A stretch of 64,000 bases of DNA from Octopus vulgaris (lineage: Eukaryota): NCBI GenBank assembly GCA_951406725.2, contig OX597815.1, positions 105,152,001 through 105,216,000 on the forward strand. Direction: 5' to 3'. Positions 28,981-45,307 of the stretch are shown here, piece by piece (position 1 is the stretch's first letter; every line of letters starts with the position of its first letter). The notes beneath the pieces were generated by a model that saw only the letters and a program-made list of their open reading frames with translations, ran no database searches and was not told where the DNA came from. A program made the position numbers and the translations under genes.

Positions 28981-31603
28981 CATAGTCACATACACAACAT
29001 ACACATCTATTTATCTATCTATACATGTATATCAAACTATATATATATATATAGTTTGTTAGCCATACGTGTCACATTTTTCTTATATATTGATATATTC
29101 GAAAGTGAAACATCAGTCCCTTGTTACCCTCTCTTAATCCTTCATCACATCGAGTTACCTCAAGCGTGAATATCTAAGCTTAGTTGTTGTGAAGTACGGA
29201 AGTTGGAAACCCTTAATTGCAATATAGTGAGGGCTGACAATCAAGTAATTACATAAATTCTACTGCATGCTTTGTCTGTGTTTCTCCCTGATTTGCATAT
29301 TCAAAGTGTGTGCGTGTGTATGTGTGTGTGTTTTGAACGCGCGCACATATGAGTGAGTGAGTTTCTGCGATATGTGGGTGTTTGTGTGTGAACGTGCGCA
29401 TGCTTTATATATATACAAACAGAATAACAAGAAATGCTGATATCAGTGCACATTACAATGAAAGTAGAACAGAGATTACTATGATAATGTTAATCATACA
29501 TCGTATTATAACATGCTGTAACTCACCTCCGATAAGGTTTGGGAAACGTAAACCATTTTTTATCAACTACAACATGCTCATGTCTTCATACCTCTATGCA
29601 CTGTACATATGTGATTACTTTGAGTGCATGTGTTTATGTGAGCATATAGCTTCAATCTATTTACCTAGTCATGTATTTATCTTAGTCTGTATGGATGTAT
29701 GCTTGTATGTGTTTGTATATACGTAATTATCTTTGTATGTAAGTATACACACCCACACACACACGCACAACACTTGTATACATGGACCAATATAAATGTC
29801 AGTGTATACATGTATTATGAACACGTATATATATGTATATATGAGTGTACATAAGCATATCTAAACGTTTTATTCCACCTAAATAAGTATTTTGTCTATA
29901 AATAGAAATCAGATTTATCGATCGTTCACACATATATACTATCACGCCTACACATGCATACCGGCACACTTACATACTCGAGAAAACAATTCTACAAACA
30001 ACAATCGTACACAACACATTTTGCTCGCCTTATAATTGCAACGCGACGTAAAATAGCAGTAAATTCTCTCTGCCTTGTTAGAAATTGCAGCCAATTCCCT
30101 CTCACATCATATATTTTCGTGTTGGAAAATGGCAATTTGTATAATGCGGTACTGGTTACTCTACACAGAAGATGACGGTGCTGTCACGATTGGAATTATT
30201 TTGATCATAGTCTGCTTGATCAGAGATGACCTGCGAAGATAACAACAGCAACAACATTCACTCTTGGCGAGTTAATAAGGAGTGGGGCAGGGTCACTACA
30301 TGAATACTTAACAAACGAAAAGAAGAAATCAAATTGCTCTCAAACAACGCCGTTTTAATAAATTATGCACTAGATTATGTAATCCAAAATATACTACGGC
30401 CAAAAGAAAGATTGAATGGCAGTGGTTTAAGAATCATAATTCATTGCCTCTGTGTAGCAAAGCTAATTTAGGACACTTTTCCATTTATTATTATTTTTTT
30501 TTGTAAATACATGATAAACACTTGGAGGATTTTGTAGAGTAGCCTTTACAGTTGTCCATGTAACTGCCAGCGTTGTGGGTTGGTCGACGCCTAGAGCGTT
30601 AGCCAAAATGTTTTTTCTATATGCAAATCGCTTCGAGATCAATTTTGTGTTTCATCTTTCCCGAGGTCGGTCAAATAAAGAGGACTCGATGCTGGTCAAA
30701 TAAAAGATTCTAACCTGTTCCAAATTGTGTGGACATGAGGCAATGTTAGAAATCAAAATAGCTACCTATACAGAGAGGTAGATAGATAAGTGGAGGTGGG
30801 GTAGGCGCGTGCGTGTCTAGGCGTATCGACATGAAGATCCAATGTACTTTTGCCATCATGTTTTACAGTCTGTGATAAAATTGTCGCCTCGAAACCAAGA
30901 ATTGATAGAACGAAAAATTACCTAACGATTAAAAAAAAGGAAGGAAGAAAATTGAATAGTATAGTATATGCAGCAACTTCACGTGCGGGACATATCTAAC
31001 TATCAATTGAATGTATCGTGAAGTTCGACGCACCATCTTCATTTGGCAAGAATTTCTTTAGTCTTCTGCATATTGGCCATGGCGAAAGAATTTGCTTGAT
31101 TGACGCAATTGAAGTTGGGGGTTGTATACAGAGTGCCATGAGGCCCCCTATTTCTACCTCTTTTTGTGATGGACATAAGAATATTGGAATAAAAAAAAAG
31201 ATCTTAGGATCCATTCTTGTTCGTAATTTGTTGTTCTATTGTATTATAGTTATTTATTGCTACCTATATATTTATAATATTTAAGGCAATATTATATTAT
31301 AAATCATCCAATATTTTTTGTTTGTAGTTTTCCGTTGTATTTCGCATTTATACTCTCCTCAGTCTTCAGTCTTTGATGTTCAAGAACAGGAATCATTGTT
31401 CTTGTTGTTAAAAACAGCAACAGCAACAGGAAGAATTTTGGTAGTTACATTTCTTTATATTATGTTCACATAGAACTGTGTTAAATTTATCTTTCATCGT
31501 TCACGGTATCAATTAAATATATACGTGTGGGGTATAGTGGTTAATATAACCGATGGTACTCACTCCCACCCACAAAATATTAAGAGTGTTAGAACTATTT
31601 CTT

Positions 31604-31664
<61 letters not shown>

Positions 31665-31737
31665 CAGCAGCAGCAGCAGCAGTATTAGTATTAGTAGTAG
31701 CAGCAGCTGTGGTTATTGTTGTTGTGGTTATTATAGG

Positions 31738-32105
31738 GTGGAGGCTCAATGGCCCACCGGTTAGGGCAGCGGACACACGGTCGTAGGATTGTGGTTTCGA
31801 TTCACAGACCGGGAGTGTTTATTGAGCGAAAACACCTGAATCTCCACGATGCTCCGGCAGTTGATAGTGGCGAACCCTGCAGTACTCTTTCCCCACAACT
31901 TTCTCTCACTCTTTCTTCCTGTTTCTGTTGTACCTGTATTTCAAAAGGCCAGCCTTGTCATACTCTGTGTCACGTTGAATCTCCCCGAGAACTACGTTAA
32001 AGATACACGTTTCTGTGGAATGCTCAGACACTTGCACGTTAATTTCACGAGCAGGCTGTTCTGTTGATCGGATCAACTGGAAGTTTCGTCATCGTAACCG
32101 ACGTT
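31738..32105 (+). mobile_element. tRNA-derived SINE family D
   Basis: caatggcccaccggttagggcagcggac...ggtttcgattc head. Body shared with 24285-24577. Confidence 0.82.
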
Positions 32106-32349
32106 TATTATAGTAGATCATAATGATAATGGAAAAAGTGACATTTTACATGTTATAAATTTCGAAGCAATCATCTCTATATAACTATTCCGTTTTGCAG
32201 TTCTTCCTTCTTCTCTCCCTGTGTCTGCGTTTCTCTGTCTTTGTCTTCTCTCCAATCCCTCTCTTTTTCTCTCTTGCCCACTCTCTCCCTCACTCCTCTC
32301 TCCTCTCTCGGTGTCCTGGTAGAAAACAATAACCTTACCCATCATTCTT

Positions 32350-32900
32350 TACGTTTGTTTCAACGGCTACCGAGTGGAATAGATTCACATCTCGTTTTCG
32401 ATACATGAAACATAGGCTCTTTCATATGTCTGTATGTTTTTGGTGTTGGAATCTTTGATGCCGAGGCTGAAGACGGTAGGGGATATCCCGTTTTAACTGG
32501 GACACAGGAGAACCACATCTATAATATGAGGTCGATATCATCGCCATGATGTCAAATATATCGGAATTCGAGACAGAAGAATACCAATAGGTAACAAGAT
32601 CATGCATTGAGCAAGACAAGTTGGTAGGCTTGAAGCTTGGTACTTCAAGAGGCAAGTACCAGGATGCTAGTTTCTGTAGTTAGACCAAGCGCCCGATTAA
32701 GGTGCTTGGAATCTGGTTAAAATGAGACATGCAGGTGGATAAAAACTGGGCAATGGTCGCGAGCAGAGAAGCCTATCGTACTCCGAAATGGGCCGAGAGG
32801 AAGCTGTTCCTAAAAGGTCATCCGGAAGTAGCGAATGCCTGTATCGCTTAAGTGATGTATTAACGCTTAGCCATGTTGGAACATACGCTCTATCACTTCT
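32350..32900 (+). mobile_element. Tx1/L1-clade LINE RT relic
   Basis: Broken frames read DIIAMMSNI...DKLVGLKLGTSRGK...RPIKVLGIWL...QVDKNWAMVASR...KWAERKLFLKG, similar to Tx1-like RT domains 5-7 and thumb. Confidence 0.62.
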
Positions 32901-33475
32901 CATAATGATTATGATTATTATAGATAGATACATCTACGGTAGTTGCGGGCGTAAAAGGTAATAATTATGTATTTAAGCGGCAATATCATCAGCAAAGGTG
33001 CATCGATACTTGATAATTGCCAAACGTGAACAGAAATGCATGTATGTATATATGTCTATTTATATGTGTGTTTGTGTGCATATGTAAGAAATATACAAAA
33101 CAAAAAATTGATAAACATAGACACGCATAACTAGCATTACAAAAACATTAGCCTCACTAACGAAAATTACACTTTGCAAAATTAGAAAAAAACATATGAC
33201 TAAAATGTCTAAACAGGCGTTGGTGTGGTTTGTTAAGAAATAACGATATGTAGTTATTTACAATGTTGATGAGACTGATAATATTGGTTATGACAATGAT
33301 GTTATGAAGTTGATGGTTATGATGCCGATCGGGTTAACTATGATTGCAACCAGAGGTACATGGAAACGAGTATTTCACGGTACAATCTTTTCTAAATACA
33401 ATACATGACATGTACACTTACACACATCATATACACACATTTATATGTGTACATATATATCTATACATACACACG

Positions 33476-33513
<38 letters not shown>

Positions 33514-33515
33514 AT

Positions 33516-33560
<45 letters not shown>

Positions 33561-34396
33561 ACACACACACGTATATCGCAATCTCGCATACATGTACATA
33601 TATGCTGACACAGATATGTGTGTGGGTAGAAGCGCACATGTATTTGTGTATGCATGAGTGACTCAAGCATCCGAGAGAATGTGTTGAGATTTTCCTTCCA
33701 GTTCTCTGCACTCTGAGTTCACATCTCGTCGGGAGTAACTTTGTCTTTCGAGGTCGATCAGTTAAGTGATAGCCCTTGACTGGGGCAGCCATCTATTCCT
33801 GTACTAATTACATCTTAAATGATCTGTTCGAGAGGGATGGGAGAAAGAGAGAATGTGTGTGCGTGTGTGTTTGCTCGTGGCGACAAGGACGCAATATTTT
33901 TTATGTATATGTCATTATGATAATGATGACGATGATGATGTGGAGGAGGAGGATGACGACGATAATATATGATGGCGATCATTACACACACAAGCAGAGT
34001 TATCTATCTATCTTTCTATATATCTATCTATATATTTATCTATCTATCTATCAATTTATCAATCAATTTATCTGTCTGTCTGTCTATATATCTATCTGTC
34101 CGTCTGTCTGTCTATCTATCTATCTATTATCTATCCATTTATCTATATTTGTATATATTTAATTATGTATCTAATTAGACATACACACTCACACACGCAT
34201 TCACGCATGTACGCACGCGCGCACACACACACACGCGCGCACACACACACAAACACACACACACACAAATGCGGCGAGAACTATTTTTGGAAAACCCAGA
34301 ATTTCTAGTGCCCTCGATTCGGAAGAAATTAACCCCTACACTCTTCTTGCAACCTTCTGGCGAAACTCATAATACCGAGTAACCCATTTACAAATA

Positions 34397-34434
<38 letters not shown>

Positions 34435-34501
34435 ATAATAATAATAATAATAATACTACTACTACTACTACTACTACTAATAATAATAATAATAATAATA
34501 A

Positions 34502-34558
<57 letters not shown>

Positions 34559-34585
34559 ACCTGCTGCTACTGCCGTCACTAGCAC

Positions 34586-34618
<33 letters not shown>

Positions 34619-34632
34619 TAATAATAATAATA

Positions 34633-34697
<65 letters not shown>
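34397..34697. repeat. Compound (TAC)n/(TAA)n microsatellite
   Basis: Read directly. Confidence 0.97.
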
Positions 34698-34698
<1 letters not shown>

Positions 34699-35427
34699 GA
34701 CAAGAAGCACAGAAATTTCCTGTGCTGGGTTAGTTGATGAAATCAGCGCTACTATTTGACTAGCGATTACTCTACAGATAAGTAATAATGCTTCTTTGTT
34801 TTTTCATTAAGTACTACAATCTTCTGATATTGAAAAATGTGTACAGCCGATTACTTGACAGGTACATTTATTTTTTTATCCATGCAGGGTTTAATTTCAA
34901 TTCAAACGTAAAAAAAAAAACTAAATAAAAATACTAAACAGTATTTGAGTTTACGCGTTGATTCTTTTTCTATTTCTCTTTTAAAATATTAAAATATTAA
35001 CATCCTTTCCAGATCATCATCATCATCGTTGCATAACCACAAAGATGAAATAATATAGATAACTAGATTTGAAAGTATCCTTGTTCTTAAAAAAATTTTA
35101 ATCAATAACCTTGAAAGCTACTAAACAATTATTTGAAAACGTACGAACTATTGTGTGCGTATGTGTGTGTGTGTGTGTATGTGTGTGTGTGTGTGTGTGT
35201 ATGTGAGTGCGTGCGTGTGCGTGCTTGCTATATATGTATTGTTACCTATAGGTGTTAAATCATTGAATTTATACAGAGACGCGTGCACACACTCACTCAC
35301 AGTCACATACACACACACATGTATACGTATAGTTATATATAGGTGGCAGATCAGTAGATTTATATACACACACACACACACACATACATATAAGTATATA
35401 CATAAAGATATGTGTGTGTATATAATA

Positions 35428-35459
<32 letters not shown>

Positions 35460-35525
35460 CACACAAATAAGATGTGTGAACGTGTTGTTATATTTAGAGG
35501 ATAAATTGATAAGTTAAGATTATAT

Positions 35526-35580
<55 letters not shown>

Positions 35581-36344
35581 AAATATGCACGCGACTTGTA
35601 TATAATTATACTGCTTAAGAATAAAGATCAAAGTAGCATAAGCACATAACTAGAAAAAAATATATAACACAACAATCAAGATTGACCTGACTTTTTAAAT
35701 TTTGTTTTTTTCTTCATTACTGTTTTGCAAGATTTTTTTTTCTTTTGTTAGTATTAATCACTAGTTTTCTACGATTCAACTCACCTTGATTTAAAGAGTT
35801 CGCAGGATTCCGACAAACTCCCCCGCTGCTGGTTAGGGGCAAGTGACACGAGGTTTTTTGGGTGGGTGGGGACCTCGTGGTGGGAGAAAATTCTCTCCCA
35901 CCAAATAAAATGTATGTAGCAATATTGTGTTCTTGTCTATGACAAAGATGTATTTATGTATGCATTATGTATTTATGTATGTATGTGTCTGTGTGTAAAT
36001 ATATATATATATAGACATATGTGTGTATGTATGTAAATATGTATGTATGTAAATCAATGGATATTTGGTGTGTAATTATGTGAAAATGTTGATTATAGAA
36101 AAGTGTACGTTCTATATATGTGCGTGTATGTATATTTCCTTGTGTATATACTTACTTGTAAAGGAAAAGACGTATTGTAGGTTTTGTTTTTATTTCAATA
36201 TGCAAATTATATTTGTTTATACTGTGTATTTAGAGAAGAATTGTTTAGAGAAGGAAACGAAAAGTGAAAAGAAAGAGAGGCAAAGAAATTAGAAAGAATG
36301 TAGAGGGAAATATCAAGAATATAGGTGGTATATATATATGTATG

Positions 36345-36382
<38 letters not shown>

Positions 36383-36393
36383 CATATATATGT

Positions 36394-36447
<54 letters not shown>

Positions 36448-36534
36448 CCAAAATGACCCCGCCAGTAGGTCATTCAAATTTCGGTAACACTGCCGCATTA
36501 AAACATTCCACATAACCAGACTTTGATAATAGTT

Positions 36535-37740
<1,206 letters not shown>

Positions 37741-38252
37741 TTGAGGTAAGCAACCGGCTAGCTGAGGTAGAGAGCTTCAAACATTTAGTAGCTATGATGA
37801 TGATGATGTTAATAGGGATAACAAGGATGGTAAGTCAACATAAAGTCAGTAAGTGGGGAACTCGCAGAAAAAGGGGACGAAGATGAAGAGGCGGGGAAGA
37901 AAGAAACAGAAAATAAATAAAAAGAGAGGTAGTAAATGTTTTTTTTGTATGAGAGATATAAGATATAAAACTATTTTAGTTAAATGTGTAGTTGCTGTTG
38001 TTGTGTTTGATTTTGTTGTTGCTGTTGTGGTGGTGTTACGTGTTGCTTTTGTTGTTGTTATTAGTGTTTGTAGTGGGGGTAGTAGTAATGGTGGTGGTGT
38101 TTTAGTTAATATTGATAGTGGCGATGAAGATATTGTATTTGCTGTTATTTCAGTTGTTGCTGTGCTTAAAATAGTAGTACCAGTTGTGATCGTCGTCGTA
38201 GTAGTAGTAGTAGCAGTAATAGTGGTTATTGTTATGGTATGTCCTTGTGCCG

Positions 38253-39065
38253 TCAACATGACACTTGAGAAGATTCGATCAAACAGTTTAGCCTTGTGTC
38301 ATCTTTTTTCTTCTTTTTAATCAGTCGTCCTCCACCAAACTGGAAACCCTCCCGATGCCACGGAATATTGAACGACGAATGTAACAATGCTTGAAACACT
38401 TGTGCTGGGTTTAAAACAATATCTCTGTTGTTGTTGTTATTGCTGTTGTTCGTAGTGTTTTCACTATAGTCGTTAGTGCTGCTGTTGTTAATAATGTTAA
38501 CGACGTAACCGGTACAATTATTGTTGCTGTTGTTATTCGTGTTATTGTCGTTACTGATGATATTTTTGTTGCGTATTTCACTAACGTCGTATATATGTCT
38601 GATGACAGTCTTGATTATAAGTAAGATATCAGAGACGCTCCTTTTGCTTTTCTTGTTGATATTCGTGTTGGCGATATTGTTAATTAGGTGGTTCTTGTTG
38701 ATTTTGTTCTTCTTCTTAATGTTTCCGTAGCCAGTCAAAATATATTTGTTGAGTTCCTGGTGTTTAGGTTCTCTGTGGTCACCAGCACTGAACAATTCCA
38801 TAGTCGCAACGGCCTGGGTTTTTCCTGCCGCGCGCCTACGAACGGTTACTACTGCAACAACACTGCCCTTACCACTGCAACACCCACTGCAGTGATTTTC
38901 GACAACTGCAACAATACATACACCAGGACGACTCCTGCTGCAGTAACTACTACTGCAACTCAACTTACTGCTGCTGCCATGACTAATGTACAAGATTAAA
39001 ATCACCGCTGTCAGCGTAACGGGATTTAAATACGACTTAAATCGGGTAATTTTTATAGGATCCAT
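38253..39065 (-). CDS. Possible 270-aa ORF (hydrophobic N-terminus, Asn/Lys-rich); coding status uncertain
   Basis: ATG at 39065 (MDPIK...), stop-free through AT-rich unique DNA. No homology recognised. Confidence 0.25.
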   Translation of the reverse strand: MDPIKITRFKSYLNPVTLTAVILILYISHGSSSKLSCSSSYCSRSRPGVCIVAVVENHCSGCCSGKGSVVAVVTVRRRAAGKTQAVATMELFSAGDHREPKHQELNKYILTGYGNIKKKNKINKNHLINNIANTNINKKSKRSVSDILLIIKTVIRHIYDVSEIRNKNIISNDNNTNNNSNNNCTGYVVNIINNSSTNDYSENTTNNSNNNNNRDIVLNPAQVFQALLHSSFNIPWHREGFQFGGGRLIKKKKKDDTRLNCLIESSQVSC

Positions 39066-39323
39066 TATACAACTATCTATCCAGATAACCAAAGTAACGT
39101 ACATGCATACATACATACATACATACATACATACATACATACATACATACATACATACATACATACATACATGCATGCACATATACATACATAATGTGGG
39201 TCTGAGTATATATACACACACTCATGCATGCATACATATATACATATATATATATACACATATATAATATACACACACACAAACATACACATAAACCTTA
39301 CAGAGGTATATACATATATATAT

Positions 39324-39360
<37 letters not shown>

Positions 39361-39500
39361 GTATGTATGTATACATATATATGTTTATACGTAGGTTGTG
39401 CTTGTGTTTATGTAAAAAAGAATATATATATATTGTATGTGTGTGTGAGTATGCTTCTAAGTGTACACATATATTATATATTATATATTATATATATATG

Positions 39501-39567
<67 letters not shown>

Positions 39568-40417
39568 ATGTGTGTGTGTATGTGTATAGATAGTTAGATA
39601 CATACATATGTGTATATATGTACACATATATATTAATATATACACGCGCGGGCACGCACACACACACATACACACACACATATATGTGTATATACGTACA
39701 TATACATTAGTATATACATACTCGTGTATATACATACTCGTGACACATAATCTACGATTTTTACTCTAGCTGTATAAGTGATACTGGTTGCATATATGTA
39801 TGTCTATATGTGAAGGTATACATGCATTAATGTATGCATCTAATATATGTGCCGAGTCTGTATATACATGTATCCACCCATACATACAATACTTATATTC
39901 ATACATACATAGATACATATACATACATAGACATAGACACACACACGCACACACACACATACACACACATATATATTTATATTTATATTTATATATACAC
40001 ACACACTCACGAGCACATGTATACATACATGCGCGCATGCCTTACACGCATCATAGTAAATATGTAACTGTAATTAATGTTTCACTACAGTTATTATCCA
40101 GATCATTGAATTGATTTGATTTCCTTTATCAAAAGTATCTTACGAATGATATGGAAAACAGTAACAGTGACTGTTACACCTCCAAGAGTCTTTAACTGTA
40201 TAAGTGAAGTGACATTAAATAACCGAATTGTCTTCTCCCGGTTTGTTATTCGTTTCACTGGGAGCCTCCTCCTTACTTCCAGACGCACGCTGAACACACA
40301 CACACACACACGTGTACACATTCATATACATACATATACACATATACGACTACACCCACACACAACCACGCACGTGTCTGTGTGAACTTGTGTCTATGAG
40401 TGCATGTGTATGCATAA

Positions 40418-40803
<386 letters not shown>

Positions 40804-42145
40804 TTTCGGTTGGCAGATTTTGTTAATTTAGTTCTGTACGTCTTACTCCAATACCAGCCTATGGATAAGGTTTAACAGATATATTTTATATTTCTGTGCT
40901 GTATCTCTACTTTTTCTCCTCTCTCCATATTACAATAGTGAGAAAAAAAAATACCAGTCATCCTATCTGAAATATGCCAAAGAAATAATATTATGTACCT
41001 GTCAAGAAAAAATATCATTCTTGTAAATTTCAGAACCGTAGTGTGTGTGTAGGGTGGGGGAGTGTAGTTATTATAGATTTGTTTCTTTCATAAGCTTGGA
41101 TATGTCTGTCGCTTAGATATGTGTCAGTCAGAGTTACCTCTCAGTCAGAGACATCTTGCATGGATGTCTCCGGCTGGGTTTTGTTACTAAAAGTCTTTCG
41201 AGAAAACTTAAAAGCAGACAAACTGTTCCCTGTAACTTAGATATGAATGATTTGGGAGAAATGATATACATGTTCCGCCTTCATGCTAGAAATAGCAGCT
41301 AAAGCCCCCTTCAGATTTTATTATACAGTCTATAAAAGGAGCAACACTTTCGATAATCTTATCTTAGATACATAAGGCACTAGGATAGAAACCGTTCGAA
41401 CATAGGCTTGCATCCGGCGCTCAGATGGAGGTCATATGTGTAAAGCAATCGTTGAAAAAGTTCTAGATTTATTTTTCTTTTTGTTCGATAGTTTTCGTTT
41501 TTCTATGTAGTGCAATAGCCAAACAAACACCAAATGTAATACTAATATATTACTAGCATGTGCGGTGTAACTTCGTCAAACCCTTTCAACAAAACTGAAG
41601 TTCTAAAACATTCAACATCAAAAATGCCACTCTCTACGAGATTTCATAAAAATAAAAAGTAAACTAGAAAGCAGGTCTTCTACCTCACCAAACTTTCCAG
41701 CCAATACCACAGCGAAGATATTATATTACAACAACCGTGACTTTAGAAATGCCAGCTGTTTAATTGTTTATCCGTAGCAATAAGAAATCTGACTAAGAAA
41801 TTTCAGGAAATTTTAAACAAACCCATAATATATGCTTTACATATATTTTATGAAACCAAGACTTTCAAGTTTGCTTCGTTTATAACTTTTCATCCAGCCC
41901 TTTCAATATCTAATGTAGTGTGTGTGTGTGTGTGTGGGGGGGGTTAAATGTAATGATTCACTCTATCGCTGCTTCTGAGCTTCACATTAAGCGAGATCGT
42001 CCAGGTGACTTTCATCGCCTGAATGATCGCACAGAACAAAAAATACTTAAGAGTAGCAATGCAGATAATCATCAGCTTCAAACGAATGAAATTTACTAGA
42101 TATGTTGAATACCGTTTTACGTTTTCACACATCCAAACACACACA

Positions 42146-42208
<63 letters not shown>

Positions 42209-42344
42209 ATGCCCACACTCACATTTTCCTAATTGGATTATATTTTTAGTTGAAGATCCATTTGTAAATATTATCATTGGACCTTACAGTATGTTTACAA
42301 AACACCACCATTCATACTGAACGCTTTTCTTCCTTTTGTTCTTC

Positions 42345-42700
42345 TATTTGTTTCAGTCATTTGACTGCGCTTTTAGTCGAGCAAATCGACCCCAGGACTT
42401 ATCCTTTGTAAGCCTAGTACTTATTCTCTCGGTCTCTCTTGCCGAACCACTAAGTGATGGGGACGTAACCACACCAGCATCGGTTGTCAAGTGATATGTT
42501 GGATGGACAAACACAGACACACAAACATATGCATATATATATATATACGACAGACTTCTTTCAGTTTCCGTCAACCAAATCCCTCACAAGGCTTTGGTCG
42601 GCCCGAGGTTATAGTAGAAAACACTTGCCCAAGGTTCCACGCAGTGGGACTGAACCAAGAACAATGTGATTAGTAAGCGAGCTACTTACCACACAGCCAT
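42345..42700 (-). mobile_element. SINE family B, near full length
   Basis: tRNA-like head atggctgtgtggtaag...ggttcagtccc, CORE-like ACCTTGGGCAAGTG, internal TA/TG tract, 3' end cagtcaaatgactgaaac. Confidence 0.85.
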
Positions 42701-42751
42701 CTTCTGGTCATTATCCAGATATTGTTTACTTTACTGTATTATAAATGCACG

Positions 42752-42791
<40 letters not shown>

Positions 42792-42868
42792 TGTGTGAGA
42801 GAGAGAGAGAGAGAGAATGAGAGGGAGAGTCTTTGTGGTAACGTACAGAAAGCACTTTTCAGTACCAC

Positions 42869-43503
42869 ACATTCACTATTTGAAATATTCATCAACTTCA
42901 GCTAAAGGCTGCTCTAAAGCTATTGTAGTTTCTAAAAGATCCTTATTTTTTTGTTAGCATCAAATAATAAGAAACCTGATTGTGACAACATTGGAATTTG
43001 TAATGAAAAACTTGACAGATTTCTTTCTAAAGTCCATAAAGTTTATAAAGTGTATAAAGTTTAATTTCACTCAGCTGAAACCATTAAGCCGAAATATTTC
43101 CAAGTAAAGGTTTCGAGGATAGTTGACTGAAGAAATATGTTACGTTTACTGATGAAAGCATAACTCCAGGCTAACCTTTGGACACTACTGCCTCGAATCC
43201 TAGAACTCATAGGGCCGATTACGCAGTTTCCATTACGCATAAGTAACCGAAATAAGTCATAACTATCACCCTGAACATGATGCCATTCTGTCGCAGGGCT
43301 ACTCATTTACAACTAAATCGACTTGAGCAACGTGAAATGATGTGAACACAACGTGTTGCCCGATCCGGGAATCAAAAACCTCGATCGTATTTTCGTGAAT
43401 GCACTCTAACCACTTTGCCACACTCCTTCACAATCACATGCGCACGCGCACATGCACATGCATACACACATACACACACACACACGCACACACACACACA
43501 CAC

Positions 43504-43567
<64 letters not shown>

Positions 43568-43818
43568 GCGCACATGCATATACATACATACATACACACA
43601 CACATATAAGCGTGTATATACAAAAACACACGAAGATACACGCACATACATTCACTATTTGAAATATTCATCAACTTCAGCTAAAGGCTGCTCTAAAGCT
43701 ATTGTAGTTTCTAAAAGATCCTTATTTTTATTGTTAGCATCAAATAATAAGAAACCTGATTGTGACAACATTGGAATTTGTAATGAGAAACTTGACAGAT
43801 TTCTTTCTAAAGTCCATA
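42869..43818. repeat. ~170-bp direct repeat (42869-43038 and 43648-43818) enclosing a SINE and microsatellite
   Basis: The two units differ by about one indel and one substitution. Confidence 0.93.
43190..43425 (-). mobile_element. SINE family C-like, degenerate
   Basis: Minus strand gtggcaaagtggttagagtgc...tttgattcccggatcgggc. Confidence 0.65.
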
Positions 43819-44587
43819 GTGACAGATTTCTTTTTAAAGTACATGAACAACCTTGGTGAGCAACCAACAATCAGTCTAGAACTTTCAGCTTTTCACTGAT
43901 ATATCAACTTCAAATGAATTGACGTAATATTTGAAAACATAGAATTACATTTGACAAGAAGAATATTAAAAGTAAAAGCAATCCCGGTGTATTAGAAAAA
44001 CAAAACAATACAAAAAAAATCAGAGAGAGCAGCAAATATTGAAGGCAAATATTCTATGATTAAAATAGTGCAACACTTTGTGGTGGTACTCCATCCAGAA
44101 TTACTGAAATCGCAATTTGTTCTGATGAGTTAGTCAGAAGAGAATGTGCAGTACTCGGAACATGTACACCCCATCCACACCACTGAAATTGATTTCGCCG
44201 GAACCCTTGTCTGAATATCTGCAGATTACTCTTTGCAGCAAAAATTACATTTTCTAGATTGTATTTTTCGCTATGACAACCAAAATTTCTGCAATTATTT
44301 TACAGCAAGTACAGTGATAGTTGATGTTGTCAAGTAATACCGAAATATATCCGAAGTCATCTGAAGTACAAGCCAACCTGTATAAATAAATTAAATATTT
44401 GCCATGGAATGTTATTGTTTGTTTCTTTTTTCCTTGCTGCTTAATTTCACAAGTTACTTTTTAATATTCCTTGCACTGACTGAGTGAAAACATACTTAAC
44501 TCACTGGTAGCCATGACGGTTAGACTTGTATCTTTAGTTGAAAGGATTATTATTATTATTGTTGTTGTTGTTACTATTATTATTATC

Positions 44588-44800
44588 AAGGCAGTGAGCT
44601 GCTAGAATCCTTAGCACGCCGGGTAGAATGCTTAGCGATTTTTCGTCTGTCTTTGCGCTCTGAGTTACATATTGCACAGAGGTAGATTTTGCCTTTCATC
44701 TTTTCGGGATCGATAAATTAAGTACCAGTGAAACACTGGGGTCGATGTAATCGACTAGTCCCTTCCCACAAAATTTTAGGCCTTGTGCATATAGTAGTAA
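44588..44800 (+). mobile_element. SINE family A, full length
   Basis: ggcagtgagctgctagaatcc head and gcctttcatcttttcgggatcgataaattaagtaccagt domain. Confidence 0.85.
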
Positions 44801-45307
44801 GGTTATTATTGTTTATATGTTATATGTAAGTATATTATAGAATGTAACCTTTATTATGAAAATAATATCAGTTAGTCTGAATTTGAACCGGTATGATTTT
44901 TAAACACAAAACTTGCTTAGAAACTATCTTGAGTTCTGCCGAAAGAAAACTTGTTAGTCACATTATAAAATAGAGAGGGACTAATGCAGAGCGAATTACC
45001 TGCTGGTAGCAATCACTTTTATTAAATAATATTTTTATTCAACGTCTTATATTACTGTTCAAATCATGCTGGGATTGGTAACATATGCGTGAACAGCAAC
45101 ACCGCATCAGAACCACAACATAATATGCTGCTCTTCATCTAGTGTGCTGACTTAGATGTTTTGAGTGTGATCGATTCGCTCAAAAATGAATAAAATAGAA
45201 ATGTGGGGAAGTAAGCAGTTAGATAGATAGAAACATACATACATACATACATACATACATACATACATACATACATACATACATACATACATACATACAT
45301 ACATACA

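Noticed and set aside
30996-31214. 72-aa minus-strand ORF in unique DNA
   Set aside because: No recognisable homology or convincing splice-site pair; at best a faint mariner C-terminal resemblance in another frame.
44040-44380. Unique GC-moderate segment with a minus-strand acceptor
   Set aside because: All three frames hit stops and no domain is recognised. The CTGATGAG here lacks the GAAA half of a hammerhead.
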